A stretch of DNA of 64,000 nucleotides, from positions 480,001 to 544,000 of the forward strand of contig CAXNJO010000004.1 in NCBI GenBank assembly GCA_964202905.1, written 5' to 3'. The notes beneath the pieces are model-generated. The model worked only from the letters and a program-made list of their open reading frames with translations, was not told where the DNA came from and searched no databases. The position numbers and the translations under genes were made by a program. Positions 38,045-47,149 of this stretch are shown here, piece after piece; the stretch's first letter is position 1; the number at the start of each line of letters is the position of its first letter. Source of the stretch: Polyangiales bacterium. GTDB lineage: Bacteria > Myxococcota_A > Polyangia > Polyangiales > JADJQN01.

Positions 38045-38560
38045 TCACACCGCCGCGTGCGCCATGCGCGCGCGGATCGACAACCGACGCTCGACGGCCT
38101 CGAGCCGCCGCATCAGCTCCGCCGCCAGCCCCCGGACCTCGGTCAACTCGCGCGCGCCGGGCTCGTCCGGCGGCCCGCCCTGCGCCCGCTCTTCGCGCGC
38201 CTTCTCGAGACCCGCGAGCACCCGCTCGATCTGGCGCTCGAGAGCCTCGATGTCACCGCGGACGAAGAGGAACTCCCGCTGGATCTCCTCGATCGTGAAC
38301 CCCGAGGCCATGAGCCGCCGGAGCTGGTCGATCTGCCGCACCACCGCCGCGGGATAGAAGCCCTGCGACCCGCGGTGCTTGCCCTTCATGCCGACGCGGT
38401 GGCTCCGCGGCAGCAGGCCGACCTGCACGTACTTGCGGAAGGTCGCCTCGGTGAGCCGCTCGCCGTGCTGCGCGAAGAGCTCGACGATCTGCTGGACGCT
38501 CAGCCCGTCCGGGTGAGCCCGCTCCACCGCCTGGAGCTTGTCGTCCGACCAGCCGTCCAC
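38045..38560 (-). CDS. MerR-like HTH transcriptional regulator
   Basis: TFRKYVQVGLLP..GFYP..IDQLRRLMASGFTIEEIQ plus a coiled-coil C-terminus; start uncertain. Confidence 0.8.
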   Translation of the reverse strand: MDGWSDDKLQAVERAHPDGLSVQQIVELFAQHGERLTEATFRKYVQVGLLPRSHRVGMKGKHRGSQGFYPAAVVRQIDQLRRLMASGFTIEEIQREFLFVRGDIEALERQIERVLAGLEKAREERAQGGPPDEPGARELTEVRGLAAELMRRLEAVERRLSIRARMAHAAV

Positions 38561-38631
38561 CGCTGCCCCCGCCGCGCCGAAAAATCGTCGATAACTTCGC
38601 GCGTGGAGAGACCATCTCTCGACGCCGCGCG

Positions 38632-38661
38632 AATGTATTCTTTTGAAGAGAATCGCGTCAA
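38632..38661 (-). promoter_or_regulatory. Promoter TTGACG-N18-TACATT with a dyad across the spacer
   Basis: Near-consensus hexamers in the most AT-rich stretch seen; dyad ATTCTTTT-G-AAGAGAAT at 38637-38653. Confidence 0.65.
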
Positions 38662-38819
38662 TAAAAACGTGCGCGAAAAGTTGACCCGCCCTTCCCAACT
38701 TTTTGTCACACCACCGAAAACGACATGTTTTCAGGGGCATACACGGCGTCGTGCGCGACGGCGGGGCGATCGAAAATTTTGATTTGCGATCGGAGGGGCC
38801 TCGGGAGCACGCTGCGGAC

Positions 38820-39158
38820 GTGCGTCGCGCCCCCTCCGCCCCCCCCTCCCGTGCCGCCCGCTGCGCGCCCGCCGCGCTCCTCGCGGGCGGGCTCGGCGCT
38901 GTCGGGCTGTGGGCGCTCGCGACGGCCGGGTGCGGCGGACGCGGCGACGTGCGCTTCGGGAAGCCCTGCCGCGCCGACTCCGATTGTCAGCGGGGGTTGT
39001 GCGTCGCGGGGGTCGCCGGCGACGCGCCCGTCTGCACGACGAGCTGCGGTGGGCGCAACGACTGCCCCGGCGGCTGGTCGTGCAACGGCGTGACGCAGGC
39101 GAACATCGTCGTGTGCTCGAAGGGGGCGGCGACGCCGTTCGGCGAGGCCGAGCGTTGA
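38820..39158 (+). CDS. Small Cys-rich lipoprotein
   Basis: Lipobox TAGC followed by 8 Cys (GKPC..DC..LC..CTTSC..DCP..C..C). Confidence 0.7.
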   Translation: MRRAPSAPPSRAARCAPAALLAGGLGAVGLWALATAGCGGRGDVRFGKPCRADSDCQRGLCVAGVAGDAPVCTTSCGGRNDCPGGWSCNGVTQANIVVCSKGAATPFGEAER

Positions 39159-39214
39159 CGCGGGGCGCCCCGAACAGGTAATCCGGCGAAGACCCAAACG
39201 AGGGAGGACGACGC

Positions 39215-40054
39215 TTGACCGAACCGATCCGCTTCCAAGACGTCCTCCTGCGCGGCGTGCGCGTGCGCTACGGCGAGGTGGGCGAGGGACCGCCGCTCGT
39301 GCTCGTCCACGGCTTCCTCGTCAGCCACAAGGAGTGGCTGCCGATGGTGCCCTTCCTGGCCGAGCACTTCCGGCTGATCCTCCCGGATCTGCCGGGCTTC
39401 GGCGCGAGCGAGAAGCGCGGCGCGGAGGGCTATCCGTACACGCGCGAGGCATTCGCCGAGACGATCGCGGATCTGATGAGCGCGCTCGGGCTCTCTCGCG
39501 CGCACATCTGCGGACACTCGATGGGCGGCGGGATCTCGCTCACGCTCGCGGCCGACCGACCCGAGCTCGTCGATCGCCTCTGCGTGATCGATTCGATGAG
39601 CTACGAGTTCGAGGCGCCGCTCAAGGGTCGGCTGCCGCAGCTGCCGGTCGTCGGGCCACTGATCTTCAAGCGGCTCTACGGGCGCTCACTCCTGCGCGAC
39701 TATTTCCGCAACGACGTCTGGAGCGGGCACCCCGGCATCGACCTCGGGCGGGTGGACGCCTACTTCGACGACTTCGATCCGCGCGAGGCCCGCGACGCGG
39801 CGTACACCTGCCTCCTGCGGACGGTCGACGTGAAGTCGCTCGTCCCCAAGATCCCGCGCGTCCGCGCGAAGACGCTCGTCGTCTGGGCCGACGACGATCG
39901 GATCATCCCGCTCGCCCTCGGGCAGCGGCTCGCACGCGAGATCCCAGGCGCGCGGCTCCGCATCGTGCCGCACAGCGGCCACGCGCCGAACGAGGAGCAC
40001 CCGCGCACGACGGCGGAGCTCGTCATCGCGCACCTGCTCGACACGGCGGAGTAG
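39215..40054 (+). CDS. Alpha/beta-fold hydrolase
   Basis: LVHG, DLPGFG, GHSMGG, WADDD and GH..NEEHP motifs; GGAGG RBS plus TTG. Confidence 0.93.
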   Translation: MTEPIRFQDVLLRGVRVRYGEVGEGPPLVLVHGFLVSHKEWLPMVPFLAEHFRLILPDLPGFGASEKRGAEGYPYTREAFAETIADLMSALGLSRAHICGHSMGGGISLTLAADRPELVDRLCVIDSMSYEFEAPLKGRLPQLPVVGPLIFKRLYGRSLLRDYFRNDVWSGHPGIDLGRVDAYFDDFDPREARDAAYTCLLRTVDVKSLVPKIPRVRAKTLVVWADDDRIIPLALGQRLAREIPGARLRIVPHSGHAPNEEHPRTTAELVIAHLLDTAE

Positions 40055-40058
40055 CGCG

Positions 40059-40907
40059 GTGGACCCCCGCGCCTTTCGGCGGTTCCGCAAGAACCGGGGC
40101 GCGCTCGTCGGCGCGGTCCTCGTCGCCTTCGTCCTCGTGACGGCGCTGTTCGGACCGGTGCTCGCGCCGCACGCCCCCGACGCGCAGTTCCCCGACGCGC
40201 TCGACCGCGTCACGGGCCTGCCCGTCGGCGCGGGCGGGCACTACCTGCTTGGGGCGGATCAACTCGGGCGCGACGTGCTCTCGCGCCTCCTGCACGGCGG
40301 ACAGACCTCGCTGTTCGTCGCGCTCGGCGCCACGGCGCTCGCGCTCACGAGCGGGCTGAGCGTCGGGCTGCTCGCGGGCTACCTCGGGGGCCCGGTCGAC
40401 ACCCTCTCGATGCGCAGCATCGACGTGCTGCTCTCGCTGCCCTTCCTGCTCGTCGCGATCGTCGTCAACCGCGTCGTCGACAGCCCCTCCCTGCTCGTGC
40501 TCTGCGGGCTGCTCGGGGGCCTCTCGTGGATGACGCTCGCGCGCATCACGCGGGCGAAGACGATGCAGGTCCGAGAGCTCGAGTTCGTGCAGGCCGCGCG
40601 CGCGCTCGGGATGTCCCAGACGCGCATCGTCGCGCGACACGTGCTGCCCAACGTGGTGCAGCCCGCGATCATCCTCGGCACGACGCTCGTCGCGCAGATG
40701 ATCGTCGCCGAGTCGGCGATGTCGTTCCTCGGGCTCGGCGTGCGCCCGCCCGCCGCGACGTGGGGCACGATGCTCTCGGACGGCGTGTCGATGCTCTCGT
40801 ACAAGCCGCTCCTGATGTACCTGCCGAGCGGGATGATCGCGCTCACGGTCTTCGGCTTCAACCTGCTCGGCGAAGGGCTGCGCGATGCGCTCGATCCGAA
40901 GGTCTGA
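40059..40907 (+). CDS. Peptide/nickel ABC transporter permease (DppC/OppC type)
   Basis: LGADQLGRDVLSRL, EFVQAARALG, SFLGLG and NLLGEGLRDALDP motifs. Confidence 0.95.
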   Translation: MDPRAFRRFRKNRGALVGAVLVAFVLVTALFGPVLAPHAPDAQFPDALDRVTGLPVGAGGHYLLGADQLGRDVLSRLLHGGQTSLFVALGATALALTSGLSVGLLAGYLGGPVDTLSMRSIDVLLSLPFLLVAIVVNRVVDSPSLLVLCGLLGGLSWMTLARITRAKTMQVRELEFVQAARALGMSQTRIVARHVLPNVVQPAIILGTTLVAQMIVAESAMSFLGLGVRPPAATWGTMLSDGVSMLSYKPLLMYLPSGMIALTVFGFNLLGEGLRDALDPKV

Positions 40908-42612
40908 GGCGCGCGCGACCCTTTGCGTCCTCGCGACGCTCGGCGCGCTCGCGGCGTGCGACGATCCGCGCTCGGGGCCGCGCTTCGCCGGGGCCCGCGG
41001 GGACGACGCGGCGCCGCGGCGCGGCGGGACGTTCGTGTTCCACCACGAGAGCGACGTGCGCGGCTTCGATCCGCACGTGGCGTTCGACGAGCTGTCGAAC
41101 ATGGGCATCAAGCTGCTCTTCGACGGCCTGCTCGACTACGACCACGAGTTGCGGCTCATCCCGCGGCTCGCCACGGCGCTGCCGGAGGTGAGCGCAGACG
41201 GGCGCGCGTTCACGTTCCACCTGCGGCACGACGTGCGCTTTCACCACGGTCGCGAGCTCGAGGCGGAGGACGTCCGCTGGAGCCTCGAGCGCATGCTGCA
41301 CCCCTCGACGGCGTCGCCAGGCGTCGCGTATTTCGCGCAGCTCGAAGGGCTCGACGACTACACCGCGGGGCGCGCGCCGCATGTGCGCGGCATCGAGGTG
41401 CTCGACCGCTACACCGTCCGCTTCTCGCTGCGCGAGCCCGACCAGACCTTCCTCAACGCGGTCGCGATGCCGTTCGCGGCGCCCGTCCCGCGCGAGCGCT
41501 ATGGGCCGGACGCGGTCGAGGTCGCGCGCCATCCCGTCGGGACGGGGCCGTACATCCTCGAGGAGTGGGAGCCGGGGATCCGCGTGACCTTCCGGCGCAA
41601 CCCGCGCTACTGGCAGCCCGGCAAGCCCTACGCGGATCGGCTCATCTACGAGTTGAACCTGCAGCGCGAGACGGCGTTCATGCGCTTTCTCTCGGGCGAT
41701 CTCGACCACGTGCACCGGATGACGCCCGCCGATCGGCTCTTCCTCGGGCAGAACGCGGCGTGGGCGCCGTACCGCGAGCGCAAGGCCGACGCGGATCTCT
41801 GGGGACTCGAGATGAACACCGAGCTCCCGCCCTTCGACGACGTGCACGTGCGCCGCGCGGTCGCGTTCGTGATCGATCGCGAGCGCTGGTCGCTCGCGCG
41901 GAACCGCGCCCTCGCGCCCCTCGGCCAGGCGCTGCCCGTCGGCTTCGCGGGGCACGACCCGCAGCTGCCGGAGACGCAGGTCCGCGATCTCGCCCGCGCG
42001 AAGGCGGAGATGCGCCTCGCGGGCCACGCGGACGGCCTCCCCGAGCCCGTGACGCTCTGGATCGGTGAGGGCCCGACCGGCAAGGCCTACGGCGAGCTCG
42101 CCCAAGCGAACCTCGCGGAGATCGGCATCCGCGTGGAGCTCAAGCCCGTCTCCTTCCCGATCTACCTGCGCGAAACGGGGCGTCCGCGCACCGCGCAGAT
42201 GATCTTCGGCGGCTGGTCGCAGGACTTCCCCGACCCCGCGACGTTCTTCGATCCGCTCTTCCACTCGCGCGCAGCGACGCCGACGGACTCGACGAACCGC
42301 TCGTTCTACAAGAACCCCACGCTCGACGCCCTGCTCGACCGCGCGCGCTCCGAGCGTGACGCGAGCCGCCGCACGGCGATGTACCGCGAGGCCAACGCGC
42401 TCGTGACGCGCGAGGCGCCCTGGGCCTTCGCGTTCAGCAACATCCGCCTCGAGGCCTGGCAGCCGTACGTCCACGGCTACCGCATCCACCTCGTCTGGTC
42501 GAACTGCTTCCGCGACGTGTGGCTCGATCTGCCGCGGCGCCGGCTCGCGCAGCGCTTCGCCCCGCGCGCGGGCGTCCCCGCGGCGCTGCTGCCCTTCGGA
42601 GGGGCCCGATGA
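40885..42612 (+). CDS. ABC transporter substrate-binding lipoprotein, family 5
   Basis: Lipobox LAAC; PVGTGPY, RNPRYW and PFDDVHVRRA motifs. Confidence 0.93.
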   Translation: MRSIRRSEARATLCVLATLGALAACDDPRSGPRFAGARGDDAAPRRGGTFVFHHESDVRGFDPHVAFDELSNMGIKLLFDGLLDYDHELRLIPRLATALPEVSADGRAFTFHLRHDVRFHHGRELEAEDVRWSLERMLHPSTASPGVAYFAQLEGLDDYTAGRAPHVRGIEVLDRYTVRFSLREPDQTFLNAVAMPFAAPVPRERYGPDAVEVARHPVGTGPYILEEWEPGIRVTFRRNPRYWQPGKPYADRLIYELNLQRETAFMRFLSGDLDHVHRMTPADRLFLGQNAAWAPYRERKADADLWGLEMNTELPPFDDVHVRRAVAFVIDRERWSLARNRALAPLGQALPVGFAGHDPQLPETQVRDLARAKAEMRLAGHADGLPEPVTLWIGEGPTGKAYGELAQANLAEIGIRVELKPVSFPIYLRETGRPRTAQMIFGGWSQDFPDPATFFDPLFHSRAATPTDSTNRSFYKNPTLDALLDRARSERDASRRTAMYREANALVTREAPWAFAFSNIRLEAWQPYVHGYRIHLVWSNCFRDVWLDLPRRRLAQRFAPRAGVPAALLPFGGAR

Positions 42613-43550
42613 TCCAGCTCGTCATCAAACGCGCCGCGTGGGCCGCGGTCGTACTTTTTCTGGTCGTCACGGGCGTGTTCCTGATCGCGAACGCCGTGGG
42701 TGACCCGGCCGCCGCGAACCTCGGCCCGCGCGCGAGCGCCGAGCAGCTGCGCGTGTATCGACGTGCGCACGGCCTCGATCGGCCGCTTTCCGAGCGCTAC
42801 GTGCGCTACCTCGGCGCGCTCGCGCAGGGCGACCTCGGCCGCTCGCTCCGCGACGATCAGCCGGTCACGGCGGTGATTCGCCAGCGCCTCCCGCGCACGG
42901 CCTTGCTCGGGAGCCTCGCGCTCTTCTTCGAGCTGTGCATCGGGCTCGGCTTCGGGATCTTCGCGGCCGTGCGGCGCAACACATGGGTCGACACGGGCGT
43001 GATGTCCGCGGCGTTCGTGGGGGTGTGCCTGCCCTCGTTCGTGACGGGCCCGTTCTTCCTGCGGGAGGTGGCCTTCCGTCTCGGCTGGTTCCCCGTCGGC
43101 GGCTACGGTCGCGACGCGCTCGATCACGTCTACCACGCGGTGCTGCCCGCGCTGACGCTCGCCATCCTCGGCGCCGCGACCTACGCGCGGATGATGCGAA
43201 GCGAGATGATCGAGATGCTGCGCGCCGACTTCGTCCGCACCGCGCGCGCGAAGGGCGCGAGCCCCGTCGCCGTCGTGCTGCGGCATGCGGCGCGCAACGC
43301 GCTCCTGCCCATCGTGACGATGCTCGGGCTGAGCCTGCCGCTGATCGTCACGGGCGCGATCATCACCGAGAAGATCTACGACTGGCCGGGCATCGGTCGG
43401 CTCGCGATCGAGTCCATCGACGCGCTCGACGTGCCCATGATCCTCGGCATCGTGCTGCTCGCGTCGACGACCGTTCAGATCGGCAATTTCTTCGCGGACC
43501 TGGCCGTCGCCGCGCTCGATCCGCGCATCCGCGCGGGCGCGTCGCGCTGA
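42609..43550 (+). CDS. Peptide/nickel ABC transporter permease (DppB/OppB type)
   Basis: GDLGRS, LPALTL, DFVRTARAKG, RNALLP, WPGIG and DPRI motifs. Confidence 0.95.
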   Translation: MIQLVIKRAAWAAVVLFLVVTGVFLIANAVGDPAAANLGPRASAEQLRVYRRAHGLDRPLSERYVRYLGALAQGDLGRSLRDDQPVTAVIRQRLPRTALLGSLALFFELCIGLGFGIFAAVRRNTWVDTGVMSAAFVGVCLPSFVTGPFFLREVAFRLGWFPVGGYGRDALDHVYHAVLPALTLAILGAATYARMMRSEMIEMLRADFVRTARAKGASPVAVVLRHAARNALLPIVTMLGLSLPLIVTGAIITEKIYDWPGIGRLAIESIDALDVPMILGIVLLASTTVQIGNFFADLAVAALDPRIRAGASR

Positions 43551-43616
43551 GCGGCGCCAGGATCAGCGGCGCCAGGATCAGCGGCGCCAGGATCAGCGGC
43601 GCCAGGATCAGCGGCG
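43551..43616. repeat. Tandem repeat GCGGCGCCAGGATCA x4 plus partial unit (15-bp unit)
   Basis: Exact copies between two convergent genes; each unit contains the minus-strand stop codon context. Confidence 0.95.
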
Positions 43617-44549
43617 ATGGCGGAGGAGCCAGTCGGCGACGAGGGTCGGCCACGCGTCGTTGAAGACCGGGATGTGCGAGCCGTCCGCGATCGTCCAGAG
43701 CTCCGCGTCGAGCCCCGCCGCGCAGCCCGAGCGCCACTGTTCGACCGAGGTCTCCTCGCCCGCGAGCGCGTCGACGAGGTCGAGGGGCGCGGCCACCGCC
43801 GAACCGGCGACGTCACAGCCGTTGCGACCGGCCCAGCGCACGACGGCGTCGCGCGCCGACGGGTACCCCGGCGTGCCGGCGACGTCCACCGAGGCGTCGA
43901 GCGTGCCGTGCACCTGCAGCACGGAGACGCCCTGCGAGGGGACGCAGTCCATGTCCGTACGGAAATCGGCGCCCGCGAGGCTGACGATCGCCGTGATGCG
44001 CTCGGGGATCTCGCAGGCCATGCGGTAGCTCATGAAGCCGCCGTTCGAATGGCCGTAGAAGTACACGCGCGAGGTGTCGACGGGCACGAGCGACTCGGCC
44101 TCGTCGAGCAGCGACGTGAGGTACGCGACGTCGTCGACGGGGCTGCCTCCGAAGTTGCAGCACGCCGGCGTCGCGTTCCAAAAGCGGTTGCCCTCGGCGT
44201 CGATCGTGCCGTCCGGGAGGATGAGGTAATAGCCGCGCGCGCGCGCCGTCGCGGTCGCGCGGAAGTAGAGGTCCTGCGCGCCCGCGGTCGCTGAATAGCC
44301 GTGCAGCAGCACGACGAGCGGCAACGGGGTGACACCATCGTGCGCGGGGGGCACCACGAACTCGGCGCGTCGCTCCGGCGGGCCGAGCCTCCGCGGCACG
44401 ACCGGGCCGGCGTCGAGCTCGGGGCCCGCGTCGGTGCCCGCGTCCGGAGCGGGCCCCGCATCGGGCGATGCTGGCGCGTCGTCGCCGCACGCGGCGAGCA
44501 GGACGAGGAGCGAGACGAACAGCGGGAGCGGGCGGAGGGCGTGGCGCAC
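43608..44549 (-). CDS. PHB depolymerase/LpqC-like esterase lipoprotein
   Basis: Lipobox LAAC; PLVVLLHGY, WNA..CC, DDVAYL, GHSNGGFM and HGTLD motifs. Confidence 0.88.
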   Translation of the reverse strand: MRHALRPLPLFVSLLVLLAACGDDAPASPDAGPAPDAGTDAGPELDAGPVVPRRLGPPERRAEFVVPPAHDGVTPLPLVVLLHGYSATAGAQDLYFRATATARARGYYLILPDGTIDAEGNRFWNATPACCNFGGSPVDDVAYLTSLLDEAESLVPVDTSRVYFYGHSNGGFMSYRMACEIPERITAIVSLAGADFRTDMDCVPSQGVSVLQVHGTLDASVDVAGTPGYPSARDAVVRWAGRNGCDVAGSAVAAPLDLVDALAGEETSVEQWRSGCAAGLDAELWTIADGSHIPVFNDAWPTLVADWLLRHRR

Positions 44550-44604
44550 GGCGCATCGTGCGCAAGTCCCGCGCGGATTTCCAGCGCGGCGCGCGCCCGC
44601 GCGG

Positions 44605-44988
44605 TCAGTCGACGAGCGCGACGAGCTCGATCTCGACCCGCGCGTCACGCGGGAGCCGCGCGACCTGCACCGTCGAGCGCGCGGGCGGCGCGGTGACGAA
44701 GTACGTCGCGTACACCGCGTTGACGGCCGCGAAATCGTTCAGATCCGCGAGGAACATCGTCGTCTTGACGACGCGCTCGAACGAACTGCCGCCCGCCGCG
44801 AGCACGGCGCGCAGGTTCTCGAGCACGCGCGTCGCCTGCGCGGCGACGTCGCCCGCGATCATCTCGCCCGTCGCGGGGTCGAGCGGGATCTGGCCCGCGG
44901 TGAAGAGGAAGCCGTTCGCGCGGATGGCCTGCGCGTAGGGGCCGATGGCCGCGGGGGCCTCCTTGGTGTCGATGACCGTGCGCGACAT
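44605..44988 (-). CDS. ridA: RidA family enamine/imine deaminase
   Basis: APAAIGPYAQA, GQIPLDP, N..Y..F, PARS and VEIE motifs. Confidence 0.93.
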   Translation of the reverse strand: MSRTVIDTKEAPAAIGPYAQAIRANGFLFTAGQIPLDPATGEMIAGDVAAQATRVLENLRAVLAAGGSSFERVVKTTMFLADLNDFAAVNAVYATYFVTAPPARSTVQVARLPRDARVEIELVALVD

Positions 44989-45037
44989 GTCGTTCTCCCG
45001 ATGGCGAAGGGCGGCCGAAAATAGCACCATCGCGCGC

Positions 45038-45814
45038 ATGTCGATTACCGTCGTGACCTGGAACGTCAACTCGATCCGCGCACGGCTCGATCGCCTGCTC
45101 GCGTTCCTCGCGCGGCACTCGCCCGACGCGGTGTGCCTCCAGGAGTTGAAGATCGACGACGCGCAGTTCCCCTTCGTCGAGCTGCGCGCGGCCGGCTACC
45201 ACGCGGTCATCGCGGGGCAGAAAACGTACAACGGCGTCGCGATCCTCGCGAAGGAGGAGCCCACCGACGTGCTGCGCGGGCTCGACGACGGCGAGGACGA
45301 CCCGCAGGCGCGCCTCATCGCCGCGACCGTGCGCGGGGTGCGGATCGCGAGCGCCTACTTCCCGAACGGCGGCGAGCCGACCTCGCCTAAATACCCCTAC
45401 AAACTCGCGTGGATGCGGCGCTTGCGGCGCTGGCTCGATCGGCACGTCGACCCCGCCGCACCGTTCGTGCTCGGCGGCGACTACAACGTCGCGCCCGAGG
45501 ACCTCGACATCAAGAACCCCGAGCACTGGCGCGACACCGTCCTCGCGAACGACGACGTGCGGGCCGCGCTCGCGGCGATCCGCGCGTTCGGGCTCGAGGA
45601 CGTGTTCCGCAAGCACCACCCGGGCGAGGCCATCTACTCGTGGTGGGACTACCGCATGCTCGGCTTCCCGAAGAACGACGGACTGCGCATCGATCATCTC
45701 TACGCGACGCCCGCCCTCGCCGCGCGCTCGGAGCAGGCCTTCGTCGATCGCGAGGAGCGCAAGGGCAAGCAGGCGAGCGACCACGCGCCCGTGTTCGCGG
45801 TCTTCTCGGAGTGA
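45038..45814 (+). CDS. xth: Exodeoxyribonuclease III
   Basis: TWNVNS, LQELK, YNGVAIL, YFPNG, GDYN, YSWWDYR, GLRIDH and SDHAP motifs. Confidence 0.97.
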   Translation: MSITVVTWNVNSIRARLDRLLAFLARHSPDAVCLQELKIDDAQFPFVELRAAGYHAVIAGQKTYNGVAILAKEEPTDVLRGLDDGEDDPQARLIAATVRGVRIASAYFPNGGEPTSPKYPYKLAWMRRLRRWLDRHVDPAAPFVLGGDYNVAPEDLDIKNPEHWRDTVLANDDVRAALAAIRAFGLEDVFRKHHPGEAIYSWWDYRMLGFPKNDGLRIDHLYATPALAARSEQAFVDREERKGKQASDHAPVFAVFSE

Positions 45815-46326
45815 ACGACGCCCGGCGCGGCGCGCACGACGGGCACGCGACGGCCACGACCCCAACCACGACGCGTTCGCGGCGCACACGGTGGGTCGGC
45901 GCCGCGGTCGGGGCCGCGCTGCTCGTCGGCGTCGCCTTCGGCGTCGACCGCGCGACGGCCTTCGACGCGGACGACGCCGTGCGTGTCAGCGAGGACCGCG
46001 TGCGCTGGCGCCGCTGGATCGCGCCGCGCGACGCGCCCGCCCTGCTCGCCGCGGCCTGGCACGCGCGCCGCGCAGGCGACCTCGACGCGGCGTGGCGTGG
46101 ATTGCGCTGGGCGGAGGCGCGGGGCATCTCGAAGGCCCCCGCGGAGGAGCTGCGCGCCGAGCTCGCGGCCGAGCAAGGCGACTGCGCCGCCGCACGCGCC
46201 GCGTTCGATCGGGCGCTGCGCGCGCGCGCCCTGCTCGCCCTCGACGCGCCGACCGAGCGCCTCGCGCTCGGCGGCTACCGCCTCCCGCCCACGTTGCTGC
46301 GTCGCTGCGCGCTCGACGACCCGTGA
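45811..46326 (+). CDS. Hypothetical membrane-anchored TPR-like protein
   Basis: GTG overlaps the xth stop; TM helix WVGAAVGAALLVGVAFG; helical repeat-like C-terminus. Confidence 0.5.
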   Translation: MNDARRGAHDGHATATTPTTTRSRRTRWVGAAVGAALLVGVAFGVDRATAFDADDAVRVSEDRVRWRRWIAPRDAPALLAAAWHARRAGDLDAAWRGLRWAEARGISKAPAEELRAELAAEQGDCAAARAAFDRALRARALLALDAPTERLALGGYRLPPTLLRRCALDDP

Positions 46327-46366
46327 GCGCCGGCCCGGCGTCGCGACTTGGGCACGGCCCCCACCG

Positions 46367-47149
46367 TCACTCGCCGCGGAACACCGCGGGCCGGCGCGCG
46401 AGGAAGGCCGCCATGCCCTCCTTCTGGTCGGCCGTGTGGAAGCAGTGCGCGAACGCCTCGATCTCGAGGTCGTTCGCCTGCGCGAGCGGCAGCATCTCGC
46501 CCTCGCGGATCACGCGCTTGGCGGCCGCGACGGCGAGCGGCCCCATCTCAGCGATCGTGCGGGCGGCCTCGTACGTCTTCGGGAGCAGCTCGTCGTGCGG
46601 CAGGACGCGGTTCACGAGCCCGATGCGGAGCGCCTCGTGCGCGTCGATCATCGCCCCCGTGAAGACGAGCTCGCGCGCCATCGCGACGCCCACGCGGCGC
46701 AACAACCGCTGCGTGCCGCCAAAGCCCGGGATGACGCCGAGCTTCACCTCGGGCTGACCGAGCTTCGCGCGGTCGCTCGCGTAGATGAAGTCGCAGGCAA
46801 GCGCGAGCTCGCAGCCGCCCCCGAGCGCGAAGCCGTTGACCGCCGCGATCACCGGCAACGGCAGGGCCTCGAGCGCGCCGCCGAGCAGGTGCCCGAGGCT
46901 CGCGAAGTCGGCGGCCTCACCCGTGCCCATGTGCTCCATCGCGGCGATGTCGGCGCCGGCGACGAAGGCCTTTCCCTCGCCCGTGAGGACGAGGCAGCGG
47001 AACTCGTCGGCGCGACGCGCGATCTCGGCGACGGCGTCGCTGAGCTCGGCGATGACCTCGGGCGAGAGCGCGTTGAGGCGATCGGGGCGCGCGATCGTGA
47101 TCGTGGCGACCGCGCCGTCGTGCGTGAGCCGGACGAACGCGCGCGTCAC
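46367..47149 (-). CDS. crt: Enoyl-CoA hydratase (crotonase)
   Basis: RPDRLNAL, AFVAGADI, NGFALGGGCELALACD and QPEVKLGVIPGFGGTQRL motifs. Confidence 0.93.
   Translation of the reverse strand: MTRAFVRLTHDGAVATITIARPDRLNALSPEVIAELSDAVAEIARRADEFRCLVLTGEGKAFVAGADIAAMEHMGTGEAADFASLGHLLGGALEALPLPVIAAVNGFALGGGCELALACDFIYASDRAKLGQPEVKLGVIPGFGGTQRLLRRVGVAMARELVFTGAMIDAHEALRIGLVNRVLPHDELLPKTYEAARTIAEMGPLAVAAAKRVIREGEMLPLAQANDLEIEAFAHCFHTADQKEGMAAFLARRPAVFRGE

Noticed and set aside
43551..43616. Possible CRISPR array
   Set aside because: Head-to-tail 15-bp units with no spacers, and no cas genes in the window.
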